From Torpedo marmorata (Eukaryota), in the NCBI GenBank assembly GCA_977017645.1, contig OZ360243.1:28830001-28894000 (forward strand): a DNA stretch of 64,000 nt, written 5' to 3'. Below the pieces are notes generated by a model. That model was given only the letters and a program-made list of their open reading frames with translations. It had not been told where the DNA came from and made no database searches. Shown here piece by piece: positions 25,010 through 38,189 of this stretch. The position numbers and the translations under genes are program-made. Positions within the stretch are counted from its first letter, which is position 1. Every line of letters begins with the position of its first letter.

Positions 25010-25690
25010 TAAGAACTAGTCAGTCAGCCCCGTGACCCTCAGCCCCATTAGTAAGTTAATGGCAGATAGTAACCTCAATCCCACATTTCTGCCCTCACCC
25101 ATTGACCTTTCTTGTCTGAGTGTCTATCTACTTATGCCTTAAAAATATTCAGACTGTTTCCACATTGTTTTGATGAGGATTTCAGGTTCTCATGACCTTC
25201 AGAAAATTTTGCTTCAGTTATCTTAAATGTGTGACCTTATTTTTAAATGGCAATGCATTGTTCTAGATTCTCGTAAAGAGGAACTTCTTCATTTCCTCCT
25301 GGAGAAGTCTACTCAATCCTGCATATAACAATCCATAAGCCTATCACTCTTTAGAATTTCAGCTTATAAGAAGTCTAACCTATCAAACCTTCTGTCACAA
25401 GGCAAGCTGCTCATCCCAAGTATATTCAGTGACCTCCGCTGAACACTATCGGTAAGGAGACCAGCACCATGCACTACTCCAGATGCAGTCTCATTGTTAC
25501 CAGACATAATTGAAGCATAACCTCCGTTTTTATTTTGTACACTTCACGATAAGTTAAATAATTCTGTTGGCTTTCCTAATTACTTGCTGAAGATGCACAC
25601 CAGTTTCTTAAAAATCATGCACCAGGGCACTCAGATCTCTTTGCATCTCAGAGATCAGCACCCTCTCGCCAATTTTAAAAAAATATTTCT
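25010..25690 (-). mobile_element. Degenerate CR1 LINE fragment
   Basis: Reverse-complement CR1 3' phrases (ttgttctagattc, actactccagatgcagtctca, ggctttcctaattacttgctg). Confidence 0.6.
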
Positions 25691-25756
25691 GCAAAGGTCA
25701 ATGATTTCATGTTTTCTTACCAACTATCAATCTATTTATTTATTTATTTTTTGCAG

Positions 25757-25940
25757 CTCTTACTCATGCCTTACTGCAGGTCACTAGAAATATTCTCTTC
25801 AGGAGACTCGAGCATGTGGGATACCTTCCAGCGATACCGTTGCTTGGAGAACAGTCAGAGCGTTACCAAAACTCTAATGACTGATGTCTGTAGAGGCATT
25901 CTGTCCAGTATTTCTTCAGTAATCCATGAAGGAGCTCTAC
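25757..25940 (+). CDS. LAMB1: LAMB1 exon (domain IV end)
   Basis: ttgcag|...C|gtaagc; LLLMPYCRSLEIFSSGDSSMWDTFQRYRCLENSQSVTKTLMTDVCR. Confidence 0.94.
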
Positions 25941-26804
25941 GTAAGCCCATTTTAAACTGCTTTTATGAGGGAAATGGTGGACTTCTAGTGTAAATGGAAG
26001 ATCATCCAAAGTGGTGGGTGCTGTGGGAAATAGCCTTGCAATTATACTGATGTCAGTATGATTACATTGCAACTGGAGCTTTGGATGAAGTTTGAGTCAC
26101 CATTATAGAAGGGATGTTTAAACATTGAAAAATAACACTAACATTATAGTTTATGTCAAGCTCCAAGAAATACATGGCATGGTGTAATTAAGACTTCGAC
26201 GTTGTTTAAAGATTTAGGAGTGCAAATAGTCAATTGTGTATTTCAGCTGGTCACTAAATTTGTAACCAGAGGATTGTTATGGTACAATACTGAAGCTGAA
26301 AGGGGAAGTCCAGACCACTTTTCAAAGGCTTACTAAGTTATGAACTGCATCACTCCAGATTGTTCGTCAGTCCTCATGCAATGAAGGAAATTAGAATGAG
26401 CAATTGAAGACGGAAGTTTAAGGTGGGCAGACAGGTCTTCTTGCTGACAAATCCATGATTCTTCAACACCTCTCGCAAATCCTCGGTGTTAAAAGTGGTT
26501 TTTTTGCAGCAGATTTTTATTCTGTATTGATAGTTTTTGGTTCTATTTTTCATTAAAAATTAATGATGTGAAGGGCTAAGCTGATTTTTATAAAGATATT
26601 TTGAGCATGACCTTGCTGGTTTTGTTTCACTTCATAAAATGAAAATTGTCAATGATTTGTGTACTTAACAAGAAGTCAAACATGCGTTGAGGACATAGCC
26701 TGTTGCCTGCCATTGTTAATGAATATCAGTATTCATTGAAAGAGCACACTAAAAGTTATGGGTCATGACTCGAGGAATACTTTGAGGTGGCATGTAAGGG
26801 CTTT

Positions 26805-27273
26805 TGTTTTAAAAACACTGAAATGCTGGAGGAACTCAGCTGGTCATTTCAGCATCTATAGGAGACAAAGATATATTGCCGACGTTTCGGGCCTGAGCCC
26901 TTCTTCAAGGAAAAATCAGAAAAGGCAGAAGCAGGATATACTGAATCAGAAAGTCTCAGAATTCAAACAATGGGGGAGGAATCCAGACCAACAAAAGGTG
27001 TTAATTAGATGTGATAAGGGGCTAGGTAGAATTTATCATGTCTGTGCGAAAGGAGACAGGGAATGGAGAGACGACAGGGGAAGCAGGGAGTGGGGGGGGG
27101 TTTAACGAAAGCCAGAGAAGTCGATATTAATGCCATCCGGTTGGAGGGTGCCCAGTCGGAAGATGAGGTGTTGTTCCTCCAATTTACGGGTGGTCTCAGT
27201 CTGGCAATGCATGAGACCATGGACAGCCATGTCGGAAAGGGAATGGGATGGAGAATTGAAATGGGTAGCCACT
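26805..27273 (-). mobile_element. Penelope-like 3' fragment, same family as 7852-10793
   Basis: Near-identical to 7855-8310; VATHFNSPSHS...LEEQHLIFRLGTLQPDGINIDFS. Confidence 0.9.
26878..26910 (-). ncRNA. Minimal hammerhead-ribozyme-like motif in Penelope terminus
   Basis: Minus strand: TTGAAGA-A-GGGC-TCAG-GCCC-GAAA-CGTC. Confidence 0.5.
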
Positions 27274-27604
27274 GCATATACATAGATTTTCAAATTCCCT
27301 GCCTGAGGCGAAGTAAAATTTGATTGAAGTAATGGGAAGGGGAAGAGAACTTTACTCAGAATCCCATAATAGTCCCCACTGTTTATTGTGCAACTATCAT
27401 CAGCAAAATTAATTTTCTAGGACCCAAAGGAATCTTGTTTCCTTCTGTTTTTGCATCTCTTTGGAAGTTGTTAATTTAGGAGCAGTGCAGAAGTGCCCAT
27501 TGGAGATGCTCCATTTGAAAGAGCATATTTGATTGAGGATTCTGATTTGATGCGGTAGTTTCCTTGTTGTTTCGGATTGCCTAATATGTTTGTTTTCTCC
27601 ACAG

Positions 27605-27748
27605 CATGCAATTGTGACCCTCAAGGCTCTCTCAGTTCTGTTTGTAATCCAAATGGTGGACAGTGCCAATGTCGTTCCAATGTAGTTGGCCGAGTCTGTG
27701 ACCGATGTGCTCCTGCCACCTACAGTTTTGGTCCTAGTGGCTGCAGAC
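27605..27748 (+). CDS. LAMB1: LAMB1 exon (LE repeat)
   Basis: ccacag|...C|gtaagt; 144 nt; [47 protein letters not shown]. Confidence 0.95.
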
Positions 27749-28259
27749 GTAAGTAGGGCTTATCGAAATGGGTTCAATTGATATTTAGTCCTTCTGCATT
27801 TTAATGTTTTCTTGGACTTTTAGATAAATATTGATTTGTGGTCTTGGTCATCTTTGTCATTGTGCTCTTGGTTTGGAAGTAAATTAAAGATGCTTTCCAA
27901 GATTCCTGGAAACAGTTTAAGAGACCTTTCTTGCATTACATGTTGATTCAGATGAGTTGATACTTCCTCAGTTTGGTCTGCGAGATGGAGGTAGGATAAA
28001 GCGTGCAGGAGGTTTTCAAACAAAAGTTTATTTTAAAGTGAATACATTCTTTGAAAAGACATTCTGCGAAGTACAAGCAAAACCCACGATCAATACACAA
28101 AAATTAAAAAAGGTTGCTTGCTTCAATAATACAACACTGGGTAAAGGAGAGTTACAAATTATAAACTAAGTGGAATAAATCGCAGACACCTGCTGCTGTG
28201 AGACCATTCCTAATCTCCACCTGGAGAAGGATAGTTATGTCACTGTGCATGCATTTGTA

Positions 28260-29000
28260 AATTTTTGTGACATAAATTATGTTTGCTACTTTAAGTTTTC
28301 TAAATGAAGCACATGCATAAAACACAAAAGCAAAGTACAATTATAAATGAAGAGATTGGATAGCATTGATGTTCCTAGAGACTTGGGTGTTTGAGTACAC
28401 AAGTCACTAAAACACAAAATGCAAGTGCAGCAAGCAGTGATGAAGGCAAATTGCATGTATCTTTTATAATGACAGGATTTAAATACAGGAGTAAACAAGC
28501 CTCATTACAATTGTGTTAGGGTCTTGGGTGAGATCTTATGTACAGATTTGTTCCACTAATGTTAAAGGACATACTGCCTACAAAGAAAGTGCAGCAAAGA
28601 TTCACTGGACAGGTTCCAGGGCTGGTGAGTTTACAAGAGGTTGACTAGATAGACCTTCATTCTGTAGAATTTAGGAGAGGAGGTTTCATTGAAACTTACA
28701 AACTCCTTGAGTTCAATTAACTGGATACAGTGATGTTTCCCCAGGCTGAGATGTCTAGAGCCATGGGTCATAGCCACAAATATAGGAAAGAACAATTATA
28801 GATGAGAAATTTCTTCACTTGGTGGGTGATGAATCTCTGGGATTCTCAGCTCAGGAGGGCTGTGAAGACTCTCGTGGTGTTTATTCAAAATGAGTTGATA
28901 GATTTCTGGATCTGAAAACAACGCTGTAAAATGGCACTAAAATAGATAATCAGCCATGATCTCGATTGAGTTGCAAAGCAAGCTCAAAAATCTAGAAGGT
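28260..29000 (+). mobile_element. Degenerate CR1 LINE 3' fragment
   Basis: gagacttgggtgtttgagtacacaagtcact, gtgcagcaaagattcact, gaaatttcttcact phrases. Confidence 0.7.
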
Positions 29001-30507
29001 CCATTTCATCTTTGATCACATTTTCATCATGGAAGTACAGTGGATGGGATGGCAATAGTTAAACAACTGGACAAGTAGTTCAGAAGCATGGACCAGAGCC
29101 ATCCTCAAATTTGCAGCTGGTGAATTGTTAATTCATTTAATGCAATTTAGGGGGAAAAATGCCAGTATTGAGAGCAATGAAAATACCAGAGGAAACCTTC
29201 TGGAACACTGCTGCCTTCTGAGACTCCAGACTCTCCCCAATGTCAATTCTTAACACAGATTCCTGGAAGTGCTTAACATGTCAAGCAGCAATAGGAGGGA
29301 GAGAAATAGAGCTGACATTTCAAGATTGTTCTCTCACTTCCGACGCTGCCCAAACTGCGGAGCACTTCCAGAAATCTGTCTGTTTCTGATTTCCAGCTGC
29401 CGCAGTTTTTCTTTCATTCCAGCTACCATTGATCAGCTCTCAACTCTTTGCTATATCCCAGCAATCCATTTCGTTCAAGTGAAATCACAGCCTTGCTGGT
29501 CATGTAATGCCTATGCTGTGAAGGAATAATTTATTGAAAGCCTGTTTATTTTCCCTATTCTCAATCCATTGACACACTGTTTGCTGGTGGATCCCATTCG
29601 TCTGTTACAGCTGACACATATGAAGAATTTTGGCTCAAAACATCAACCATTTTTCTCCAACTGATGCTGTTTGACCTGCTGAGTTCTTCCAGCAGTTAAC
29701 TTTGGCCTGCCACTACTGTCCTGCCTAATTTGCATTACTGTCATACAATGCCTACAAACCTTGTGCAAAATTCTCACCTTCCCTTTGAGTTATTCATCTC
29801 CCCAGTGTTTCAACATGGGCTTTTGTCATTTTTATTGGCCGATGTTCTCTCAGCCACCTTTTGTCGTGGAATTCTTTTCCAAAACCCATTCCCTTTTATA
29901 AAGGTACCGGTACTTGGAAAATTGCTCCTTTAACCATGTTTTTAGTTTCAGATGCAATTTTCCAATTTGGCATGGCATCAATTATTTTGTGCTTCAAAGC
30001 AAGTTTCAAGATTCTACTTCAGCCCAAAGGTTTGATTTGCTTCATCCATTGTTTTTATTGTGGTACCACAAATTTGACTTCATTTAGTTTAAACGATCTA
30101 AGGATTGAACCTGGCCCTTTTGGGATGATCCTGCATTAGCAGAAATGTGGATTCATGCCAGGAAACAGAGAAAATTTGGACTGCAACAGCCCTCCCAAGG
30201 TGATGGCTCAGAATTTTGCATTGTTATACTTCTCGAAAGGACCATTTATGATTTTTTTTAAAATTATTTGTAAAAATGCATTTTCTGTTTGGATCAAAAT
30301 AGCAGTTTTATATGCAGACAAAGAAATGGTGGAAGAACTCAGCAGACCAGACAGCATCCATGAGTAGAAATGGTTAAAACCCTTTGTCGAGACCAATTCT
30401 TAATCAAAGCAATTCTTTGTATGTTGAAGATTCCAGTATCTGTGGCTTTTAGGTTTCTCGAGCAGTTTTGTGCATTCATTTCTAATTGGATTTTTTAAAT
30501 TTTTAAG

Positions 30508-30739
30508 CTTGTGACTGCAATCTAGAAGGTTCTGTCAATGAATTTTGTCAACATGCAACTGGCCAATGTCAGTGTAACGAAGGAGTGTATGGTCGACGAT
30601 GTGACCAGTGTCAGCTTGGATTTTGGGGATTTCCCAGTTGCCGCCCATGCCATTGTAATGGACATGCAGATCATTGTGACATGGAAACTGGTGAATGTTT
30701 AAACTGCCGGGATCATACGAGTGGACAGAATTGTGAGAG
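30508..30739 (+). CDS. LAMB1: LAMB1 exon (LE repeats)
   Basis: tttaag|...AG|gtattg; 232 nt; [22 protein letters not shown]...[20 protein letters not shown]. Confidence 0.94.
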
Positions 30740-30822
30740 GTATTGACAGTCTCTTTTACTGTTATTTGTTATCCTTGGTGAGATCTCTGCAACTCAGTAA
30801 AGCATTCTTGTTTCTCCTGTAG

Positions 30823-30986
30823 ATGTCTGTCAGGTTATTATGGAGACCCTGTACTTGGATCAGGTGACCATTGTCGCCCATGCCCTTGCCCAGATGGGCC
30901 AGATAGTGAACGGCAGTTTTCCATTGGCTGTTATCAGGATCCATATTCTCTCAATATTGTTTGCCTCTGTAAAAGTGGATACACAG
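30823..30986 (+). CDS. LAMB1: LAMB1 exon (LE repeats)
   Basis: ctgtag|...G|gtatgt; 164 nt; CLSGYYGDPVLGSGDHCRPCPCPDGPDSERQFSIGCYQDP...CKSGYT. Confidence 0.95.
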
Positions 30987-31187
30987 GTATGTGATAAAAC
31001 AAAATGTGGTAGTTACTCTACGTTGATCATCCAGTCTGATATTCGTGTTACATAAAGTCTAAACCACTGGATATTAATGTTTTAAATGACCATTGATTGT
31101 GGAGTTTTTGACTGAGGTGGATTGATTAAGTAATTGAATTTTCCTAAAGTATTCATAAACATTGTTTCTGTAGCTGTACATAATAAT

Positions 31188-31395
31188 GGCGGCACAGTTA
31201 GCGTAGCGATTAGTGCAACGTTGTTACAGCGCCTGCAACCCGGGTTCGAATCCGGCGCTGTCTGTAAGGAGTTTGTACATTCTCCCCGTGTCTGCTCCGG
31301 TTTCCTCCCACCCTTAAAAACGTACGGGGATTGTAGGTTAATTGGGTGGCGCGGGCTTGTGGGCCGGAAGGGCCTGTTACAGTGCTGTACGTCTA
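31188..31395 (+). mobile_element. tRNA-derived V-SINE (HE1-like)
   Basis: B box GGTTCGAATCC, V-domain gagtttgtacattctccccgtgtctgc, CR1-like tail gggccggaagggcctgtt. Confidence 0.85.
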
Positions 31396-31659
31396 GAATC
31401 AAAGAAAGTCCATCATATAAGGCCACAGTAATTAAACTGCTTTCTCCTGGATGAATATAATTAAAGTTGGTTTTAATACTGACATCAGCTATTTTTGGCA
31501 GAGTATGCCAACCACATGGATTTATGTACACATGCTACTGGTTGTCTTGGGATGTTTTTAATGTGTGGAGCTAGTTGCTGGTTAAGGGTCTTGAATGAGG
31601 TGACAGATGCATGCTGAAATACAAAATACAGGTGTTTTTTTTTTCATTGCACATGAAGG

Positions 31660-32570
31660 AGTTGATGTCAATGTGAGTTTGTTGTCATGTACAATGTACA
31701 GATGCACTGAAATTCCTATTTGCTGCAGCCAAACAAGTACACAAGATACACAAATTACAATAACAAAATTTATTGCAATATGCCAAGACATAATAATATC
31801 AAGAGATAGATAAATATTCACAGTTGCAGATATTATAGTGCAGACAGTCCTGGTATAGTTTATGGTGAGCATTAGGCTTGTTTAAGAACCTGATGGCTGT
31901 TGGATAAAAGCTGTTCTGGAACCCGGTGGTATTGGACTTCAGGCTTCTGTACCTTGCTGAAGGGAGCAACGAGAAAAGATTTTGACCAGGATGATGGGTG
32001 TCCTTTATTGGCTGACCTCTTGAGGTAGCGTCTCAGATATTTTCAATGAATGGGAGATCGGGGCCCATGGACTTGGCTAGGCTTGCCACTTTCTGCAGCC
32101 TTCTGCGTTCCTGGGCAGTCGAGTTTCCAAATGAGGCCTTGAGGCAACCATTCAGTATACCTTCCACAGTGATACTTCCTCTAGAAGTTCAATAGAGTAT
32201 TTGACAATGTGCCAAATCTCCTCAGATTTCTTGGGAAGTAAAGGCATTGGTGTGCCACCATCACTATCGTCTTGATATATAGACTCCCAGGAACTTAAAG
32301 GTACCAGCCCTCTCCACTGCTGTCCTCTCAATGAAGACAGGTGCATGGCCCCTCAGCCTCCCTTCCTAAATTCCACAATAAGCTTGGTCTTCCTGATTTT
32401 GAGTAAAATGATTGTTCGGGCACTACACAACCAGATTCTCGGTCCCCATCCTGTAATCTGACTAGTCGTTTTCATATTATTTGCTCAATAACGCTGGTGT
32501 TGACAGTGAATTTATAGATTGCGTTGGACTGAATCATGAGAACAGAGAGAGGAGAGCAGGAAACTTTAAG
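31660..32570 (-). mobile_element. Old Rex1/Babar LINE fragment
   Basis: Minus strand SNAIYKF-like motif; colinear with 52139-53088 but more diverged. Confidence 0.65.
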
Positions 32571-32811
32571 TATGTAACCTTGATGTGCCCATGTTGATGG
32601 TCAGCAAAGACAAGGTGATGAAATACAAAATTGAAGTTAATGGGAGTGACATGAACCATATCAAACTGAACTGGTAGCAAGAAATGGGAATAGACTGTGG
32701 AATCTTGCAAATTGTGCTGTAACATCAACCATCTGTTAACCACATATTTTTCAATGCAATCTGGCTATCATTTCTAATATTTTAAAACAATTTAATGCCT
32801 TTCCCTGACAG

Positions 32812-33036
32812 GTGCTCGATGTGATGAATGTGCATCTGGGTTTTATGGTAACCCTAATGAGACCATAGGGTATTGTCAGCAGTGTCAGTGCAACAACAAC
32901 ATCGATGTGACTGATCCAGAGTCCTGTGACAAGCGAACTGGAGAGTGCCTGAAATGTCTGTATCATACTGAGGGTGAAAGCTGCAACCTCTGCAAGCCTG
33001 GCTATTATGGGAATGCGGTGCAACAGAACTGCATAA
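32812..33036 (+). CDS. LAMB1: LAMB1 exon (LE repeats)
   Basis: tgacag|...A|gtaaga; 225 nt; ARCDECASGFYGNP...CQCNNNIDVTDPESCDKRTGECLKCLYHTEG. Confidence 0.95.
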
Positions 33037-35670
33037 GTAAGATTTTTTTTTAAAACCACAACGTTAATAATTATGAATAATAAGAATGGAATGCATATTT
33101 TACATTTTTGTCACTCCTATGAATTACACTTTTTAAAGGCTCCAATATATTCTGAAATAGGAAATGCACAGATTAAGCAGCATCTCTGAAGGGAAAGAAA
33201 TGGTCAGAGAGATTCACATTATTCAGATTTCGTCAGTGTTTCCAACATTTTCTGTTTTATTTTGGACTTGCAATATCTGCAGTATTTCCAATGTGTTCTG
33301 ATCTTTTCCCTCTTGTTCCACTCCAGCATTCTGGAACCTTTTATGTTTCATCACATGATCACATAACATATGGCTTCATTTGTGCTAACTCTGCTGTGTT
33401 TACACTTCATGGAAGATTTAACAGCACCTGGAGCATGTGTGGCAGATTTGCACAAGCGCAGTTGCTTTAAAAAGCTACGTGCTTAACTGTGAACAATGAG
33501 GATTTGCTGCTTAAGTAAAAAGCGACAATTTAGCAATCGGAAAATAAGTGGTTATTTCAATACTTGTTCAGATTGGGAATGGCTAGAAACTAAATATGGT
33601 CTTTGCCTTTACTTTTCAACAACCCTTTTCTCTTTTACATGTTGATCTACCTTCACTGGTTGTTCTTCACCCTTTTGTATCATCTCCTTAGTGCTGGTGT
33701 TGAGGCTTAAACACAAAAAAAGTGAGATTGCGAGATGTCCCATCTTTCATTTAAGTAATAACAGACTTCCATTTACCCCCTGAGGTGAATATAAAAGATC
33801 CCACGGCTCTCTTTCAAAGAAGAATGTGCCAAATTCTTCCAATTGCATCTTTCAGTTAGGACCACTAAAATTCAAATATCCATTTATTATCACATCACAG
33901 TTTGTGCATGCTTGCTGTGCACAATTTGGCTGCTGCTTTGGTAAAACCTTATGAACCTTTTGGAAATTTGAATACAGCAATCTTAAAGTAACAGCTTAGT
34001 TGTCTTTGAGTAGCTATTTCCTTTAATTTTCCATAATGCACATTAAGCATTCAAAGATTGAGAGAAACTCCTTTTAAATGCTAGCCTTTTTCTTTTGAGT
34101 GAGAAGTAAGAAGCAACACATCTTTTGTTCTCAGGATAATCTTCAACACGGTAGGTGCCATTAAAGTAAATGGCAGAGAGGAATCAACACTCCCTATTGT
34201 TAATGTTTTGTAGTTCTTATTGACTAAATTGAAGAATAAAACCACTCCTTTAATTTTAAACATGTCGATTTGTTTTATCTTCTTGGTGTTTTCCTTGTTT
34301 TTTAATGGTATTATTAATTATCCTTGACAAAAATTCAACCGTTTTCCAAGGGAGTGTGGATAACTTGCACAGTATGTGTGAGGTTGGATTTACAAACATT
34401 CCATGTTTCACTTTATCACCAGATCAATACATTTGCTCCCAATGGTTTTATAACCCCCAGGCAATTTTAACGTTGTTGATAATAAACACCTTTGATTTTT
34501 AAATCACAGAACAGAATGGTAAAATGATTAGAAGCATTCTTGTCCACTTGTTTCGGTAGCTCTCCTTTGGTCGTTCTGCAGCATTCAATTGTTTGTTTAA
34601 ATAGTCAAAGGCAAATGAGGGGTTACCTCATGAAAGAAAATCATTCCTGGCCACCCTCTTTTGCTTTAAGTGTGGAGTAATTAAAATGAACAGCTGGAGT
34701 TCCAGTTATCTAGCAGAAGCTGAACTTCATTCATTTTTCAGTGTGAGTTCTTTTTAGTTGTTCATCTACTCTCTTTTCTGATACCTGAGTCACACAGTTG
34801 GAATCTGAGTGATGTTTACAGAACTGAAATCTAATTAATTCACAGCACAGAGGGCCAGAAGCCCTGTGACCATTTTGGGTGAAGGGGACAGAACACCAAC
34901 TAGGTTTCTGTGAGGGGCGCTGGACAAAGTAGTGACCCTCTGTCTGCCTTGGTAGACAAAAATTAAAGAATTTCATGTATGTTACATTCTAAATGTAGTA
35001 TTACGTGGCAATAATGGAACCTTTACCTTTAAAACCCTAAGGATGTAAACTGGGGAGTAGAGCTGAAGGAGGATGTAACATTGGAGTGTGATTAAAATCA
35101 TGAAAGTAAATGATTCGGGTTTTTATATGTCAGTTTAACTAGACGAAAGAACAAATTGGTTGTCTTGTAAATTGTTTCAGATTTTAAAGTAGATCTGTTT
35201 TTTTTTCCTAAAGTAGCAGTGGGCTTTATGGCATGAGTTCCTCTATTGGAAGAATGATTTGACTCATAACTATAGTTCTTTATTCTTTTTCTTAATTGTC
35301 AGTTTACAAGGCAGAATTTAGCGTAGTGTTAAATAGTTTTGAAGAAAGGTCACTTTAAATAAATATAGCCAGTTTGCTGAAGGATCCCTCAGTTGGATAA
35401 TGTGCTCCATTTGATGACTGATGGTGACATTTGTATTCCACCTGAATAGTACCTCCGTTTAATATCCTGAAGAAATGGTTCACCTTCGCTTAACTGCACA
35501 CACTGTTTGTATTACTCTCTCTAATTTGGAATAGGACTTCACTGATGAACAGATCTCTGTTGTTAAGGTGAAATTGCTACTATTTAGTCAAAATAAAATT
35601 TGTCAAGCTCTGCAAATTTTGCTTTGTTTTCATTAAGCCAGGTAATATTTTTTTGGATTTATTCAGAATA

Positions 35671-35749
35671 ATTTGCACATTAGAATAGGTAATGTTTAGT
35701 TTAAATGATTTGCACATTAGAATAGGTAATGTTTAGTTTAAATGATTTG
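35671..35749. repeat. 37-bp perfect tandem duplication
   Basis: atttgcacattagaataggtaatgtttagtttaaatg x2 plus atttg. Confidence 0.9.
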
Positions 35750-35783
35750 AATAACAAGTGTGCATCTGTGATTTAATTATTAG

Positions 35784-35998
35784 TGTGTGTCTGCAATAAC
35801 TTGGGTACGATACAGGCCCAGTGCCCTTCTGATGAATGCCATTGTAATCAAACCACTGGTCAGTGTCCTTGCCTTTCCAATGTGGTTGGTCTAACATGTG
35901 ATCACTGTGCGCCCAATACCTGGAAGCTAGCAAGTGGAACAGGTTGTGAACTCTGTAATTGTAATGAAGTCCACTCGCGTGCTGCATCTTGTAATGAG
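35784..35998 (+). CDS. LAMB1: LAMB1 exon (LE repeats)
   Basis: tattag|...GAG|gtgaga; 215 nt; [35 protein letters not shown]...[14 protein letters not shown]. Confidence 0.94.
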
Positions 35999-36471
35999 GT
36001 GAGAACATTTCTGTTTAAAGAAACTTCTCTCTTTAGATCTAAATCAAACACAATAGAGCACAAGAAGTAAAAGTGCACTTTGAACCTGCTTTTCTTGTCT
36101 GTTAGCACATTTTTGCCTGCACCTCGTGACCTGCTATTTCTTGTAATGTCTAAAAATTTATTTAATGTTCGGCCTCCAAAGCTCTTAGAGAATTCAAAAG
36201 ATTTGTAACACATTCGGAGAAGAAATTCTTCATTTCATTAAATGACTGACAGCTTACTTGAATATGCAAAATAAAAGGTTTATATTTTTCAGTAGGATTA
36301 ACTCCAAAGAGTGTAGATACCATTTGACGTGTGCTTTGCTCTTAAACATTAGCCAAAACTTGAGGATTGGTGTCATTGTTTGGCCAGTTTACATTTTTGT
36401 GCTCCTTGACTGCAAATAAAAGTTAAATTAATGAATAACAATGGAATATGATAACTTTTATTTCCCCATAG

Positions 36472-36568
36472 TTTACAGGGCAGTGTCAATGTATGGCGGG
36501 CTTTGGAGGGCGAACTTGCAGTGACTGCCAAGAATTCTTTTGGGGAGATCCTGATGTGGAATGTTTGA
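36472..36568 (+). CDS. LAMB1: LAMB1 exon (LE repeat; ~human exon 24), last exon found in window
   Basis: ccatag|...A|gtaagt; 97 nt; [32 protein letters not shown]. Confidence 0.95.
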
Positions 36569-38189
36569 GTAAGTAGCTGTGCAGGGTGTTTGTTTTATCC
36601 TGATTAAAATGCCCATTCCCATTGATTCAGTAAATATTGGTAACTTGAGAAAGCTCTACAATCTGCTATCCTCTGGGTTTTGTGCTACTACTGAAATGTA
36701 GACTGTATTGTCTATCTTAATTTGTTTTTCCATTCTATTTTAAAAATTGAATTTCATGTAATTGAGGTGTGTGTAAGAATTTTCACATCAATGTTTGCTA
36801 GAATTTCTAGATTTTTGAACTTCTACCTGTTAAAGATATCCAGAATTATTATTTTTTTTACTTCTGTGAACCCTGGACTTGTGTTTTACTTTTGTTTCAA
36901 GTTTTCAAATGTAATATGATCAAAGGAATATAGATTACCTATGATGTTCAACATGGCTTTTGGAGATTACTGGAAGTACTTTTATCTAACTTTGACATTT
37001 ATGTTAAAAACACAAAATGCTGGAGAAGCTCAGCAGGTCAAACAGTGACATTTATGTTGGTGATTTAATGCTTATTATTATCTAGTGTAAATCACAGTAC
37101 ATAAAGTGCGGGTCAAATTCCTCATACTATTAAATAGCTGCCTAGGGATTTGGGGAATATGTTAAAGCAACTTAGCTATATGGAGGAAAGATTCCGAAGC
37201 ATGGGTTGATGCAGTCTTGACCTGAAGCATCAACTCAACCCTTTTGCATCCACAGATGCTGCTTGATCTGCTGAAATCTTCCAGCAGTTTTTTTTCATAT
37301 GTAAAAGATGTGGTGCAGTCCTATAGCTCTACCAACCGTTATATAGAGTGAAACCAGTTGGCTTCTATCATGGCAGATACCTGAAAATTTCTGAATGATC
37401 AGTGACAAAGAATTTGTTGCACTTTTCAAAATGGCAAAAGAAATCAAGTTATTTGAAGTTAAATGGACATCTTTATGGGTAATCCTTAACTTTGTGAATC
37501 ACTATGTTTCAGCAGGCTTGTTGTGTCTCTCTGCTGATTCAAATTCAGAGGTTTAGGTAGATATTAACCATAGCAAAATTATTTGTTTTAAACAATTTTG
37601 TGACTTACTAGACTTTTCTCCTATCTCTGAGGTTCCCAATAACCACAATTTCACATTTTTATTTCTAAGTAAATTTGTTGGGACAATATTTGTTGCATGA
37701 TAACTGTCCTATGTCTCAGGTAGGTAGACTAAAGAAAGATAATACGCTTGTTACAAAGTAATTTAAGCACAGAAAGTGATCAATAATGCCATTGTTTATC
37801 CTTCATACATGACTTCTCACACCATTTATCTATCTCCATGAACATCTTTCTTTCATTTTTGTTCCGTTCTTGTTCCTAATCGTAGCCTCCTCAAAATTCT
37901 TGTGCATGTGATCATCATTCCAATTTTCTAATCATTCCAAGTACAAAGAGCATTAATACAGTAGCTGATCAGAATTGAACAGGCTTTGTACTACTCTGCC
38001 CATGTTCGTCCAACAATTTGTGCACAACCAACGAAGGCATTGAGAATTTGTGACGCAGAGACAAAATGATTTCAAGAGAATAAACTTTTTAAAACAGTCT
38101 TACTGATGCAGCGAAAATCAATTATAAAGGGCTCCCTTTGTGGTGAGGAAAACTGAGGAGGAGGGGGTTCACTTCTGTGTGTGTGAGAG

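Larger units (their letters stand above)
718..36568 (+). other. LAMB1: Laminin subunit beta-1 gene, partial (21 coding exons in window; gene extends beyond both ends)
   Basis: Manually spliced GT-AG exons total 3151 nt with consistent phases. The translation follows vertebrate LAMB1 (recalled human sequence), e.g. [48 protein letters not shown]. Confidence 0.93.

Noticed and set aside
31188-31260. tRNA gene
   Set aside because: The tRNA-like head continues into a V-SINE body and LINE-derived tail.
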